Source: Eledone cirrhosa
Lineage: Eukaryota
Assembly (NCBI GenBank): GCA_964016885.1
Contig: OZ024744.1
Span: 117,862,001 to 117,926,000 of the forward strand
Direction: 5' to 3'
DNA length: 64,000 nucleotides
How positions within the stretch are numbered: position 1 is the first letter of the stretch; each line of letters starts with the position of its first letter. Position numbers and translations under genes: made by a program. This document shows, one piece after another, positions 61,775-64,000 of the stretch. A model generated the notes under the pieces. It was not told the DNA's origin, ran no database searches, and worked only from the letters and a program-made list of their open reading frames with translations.

Positions 61775-63590
61775 TTGTTTATTTTTTTATTACTGTATTA
61801 CTGTATTACTCTATATATACTATTGTATTTTAACAGTAACGGCTTTATCTTACATGATATCTCACATAACATTTACATTACTGTATATATACTATTGTAT
61901 TTTCACAGTAAAGTCTTTACCTCACATAATATCTCACATAACACTTACATTACTCTATATATACTATTGTATTTTAACAGTAACAGCTTTATCTCACATG
62001 ATATCTCACATAACATTTAAATTACTGTATATATACTATTGTATTTTCACAGTAAAGTCTTTACCTCACATAATATCTCACATAACATTTACATTACTCT
62101 ATATATACTATTGTATTTTTACAGTAAAGGCTTTACCTCACATAATAGCTCACATATCATTTACATTAGTCTATATATACTATTGTATTTTCACAGTAAA
62201 GTCTTTACCTCACATATCTCACACAACATTTACATTACTCTATATATACTTTTGTATTTTCACAGTAAAGGCTTTACCTCAAATAATATTTCATTACTAT
62301 ATATATACTATTGTATTTTCACAGTAAAGGCTTTACCTCACATAATATTTACATTACTCTATATATACTATTGTATTTTCACAGTAAAGTCTTTACCTCA
62401 AATAATATTTCATTACTCTATATATACTATTGTATTTTCACAGTAAAGGCTTTAGCTCACATAATATCTCACATAACATTTACATTACTCTATATATACT
62501 ATTGTATTTTCACAGTAAAGGCTTTACCTCACATAATATTTACATTACTCTATATATACTATTGTATTTTCACAGTAAAGGCTTTACCTCACATAATATT
62601 TACATTACTTATATATACTATTGTAATTTCGCAGTGAAGGCTTTACCTCACATAATGTCACATAACATTTACATTACTCTATATTTACTATTGTATTTTC
62701 ACAGTAAAGTCTTTACCTCACATAATATCTCACATAACATTTACATTACTCTATATATACTATTGTATTTCCACAGTAAAGGCTTTACCTCACATAATAT
62801 CTCATATAACATTTACATTACTCTATATATACTATTGCATTTTCACAGTAAAGTCTATATATACTATTGTATTTTCACAGTAAAGGCTTTACCTCACGTA
62901 ATATCTCACACAACGTTTACATTATTCTATATATATACTATTGTATTTTCACATTAAAGACTTTACCTCACATAATATCTCACGTAATAATTACATTACT
63001 CTATATATACTATTGTATTTTCATAGTAAAGTCTTTACCTCACGTAATATCTCACATAACGTTTACATTACTCTACATATTCTATTGTATTTTCACAGTA
63101 AAGGCTTTACTTCACATAACCTTTACATTACTTTATATATACTATTGTATTTTCACAGTAAAGGCTTTACCTCACATAACATTTACATTACTCTATATAT
63201 ACTATTGTATTTTCAAATTAAAGTTTTTATCTCGCATAACATTTACATTACTCTATATATACTATTGTATTTTCGCAGTAAGGGCTTTACCTCACATAAC
63301 ATTTGCATTACTCTATATATACTATTTTAATTTCACAGTGAAGGCTTTACCTCACATAATATCTCACATAACATTTACATTACTCTATATATACTATTGT
63401 ATTTTCACAGTAAAGTCTTTACCTCACACAATATCTCACATAACATTTACATTACACTATATATACTATTGTATTTTCACAATAAAGGCTTTACCTCACA
63501 TAATATCTCATAACATTTACATTACTCTATATATACTACTGTATTTTCACAGTAAGGGATTTACCTCACATAATATCTCACATAACATCT
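60806..63590. repeat. 72-bp AT-rich satellite (with ~60-bp variants), split by a SINE
   Basis: Unit CATAATATCTCACATAACATTTACATTACTCTATATATACTATTGTATTTTCACAGTAAAGGCTTTACCTCA. Confidence 0.97.
61399..61735 (+). mobile_element. tRNA-derived SINE, family B, with RTE-type 3' tail
   Basis: A box TGGCTTAGTGG and B box GAGTTCAATTC; CORE-like TCCTTGAGCAAGACACTT. Tail TTAGGAAGGGCAACCAGCTGTAGAAA...GGACGTAAAATGA matches the local RTE 3' end. Confidence 0.85.
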
Positions 63591-64000
63591 CGTATACGAC
63601 AGACGTGTGTTGACGTGTGTGAACAAGCTCGGCTACCGAGTCGGATTTACTTACTCAAAAGTGAGTTTTGATTAATTTTTTTATACTGTAATATACGTTA
63701 ACCCCTGCCTTGGTCGTCAAACTTTGAGTTTATTTATTTTCGCCCCTTTTTGGGGCGAATTTTCCAGTTAAAAACTTATTACGGCAAACTAATAGAAATG
63801 GACGGAATTTTCACATCTCATCCTAACGTGAAAGCCACGCCCCCTAAGAAAGGTGATACAGAGAAGCTAGAAGCACAAGTCTTCCCTCCTCACTTCTGCA
63901 AAAGAAACATGGAACATGGAATTAAAAGAAAAATTTGTAAAAATGGGTGAAAACCCAGAAAGTCACATAAACGCAGACAAAAACAACAACGACAATAACA
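63591..64000. other. Unique CpG-retaining sequence, possibly a gene 5' region
   Basis: Several CpGs, candidate donor AAA/GTGAGT at 63661, candidate acceptor TTTCCAG at 63767 and ATG at 63798. Confidence 0.25.

Noticed and set aside
60848-63613. His/Tyr/Ile-rich ORFs
   Set aside because: These are translations of the 72-bp satellite.
63739-63759. Rho-independent terminator
   Set aside because: Eukaryotic context, with the T-run in the loop rather than after the stem.

Overview
Eukaryotic, AT-rich, repeat-saturated DNA. The SINE/LINE families and microsatellite density suggest an octopus or related cephalopod (inference, no search run). No prokaryotic genes, CRISPR arrays, rRNA or genuine tRNA genes are present, and almost every long ORF in the track is a repeat artefact. 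1-27.8 kb is a mosaic of nested, decayed transposons: R4/Dong-like, RTE, CRE and Vingi-like LINEs, tRNA-derived SINEs, two mariner remnants, a Tc1/pogo-type MITE and a Mutator-like element. It also holds several minisatellites, one likely host exon (25444-25662, +) and a structurally complete minimal hammerhead ribozyme (20019-20090, -). 27.9-60.8 kb is a single ~33-kb 20-bp satellite with kilobase-scale higher-order repeats, abutting a 72-bp satellite that runs to 63.6 kb. I found no novel protein-coding system. The best candidates for undescribed biology are: (i) repeated birth of tandem arrays from retroelement segments, most strikingly a 51-bp in-frame piece of a LINE ORF amplified ~62 times; (ii) a hammerhead plus fold-back hairpin cluster; (iii) a PHD finger inside the RT domain of the local RTE family; (iv) a mariner with two 3' ends.
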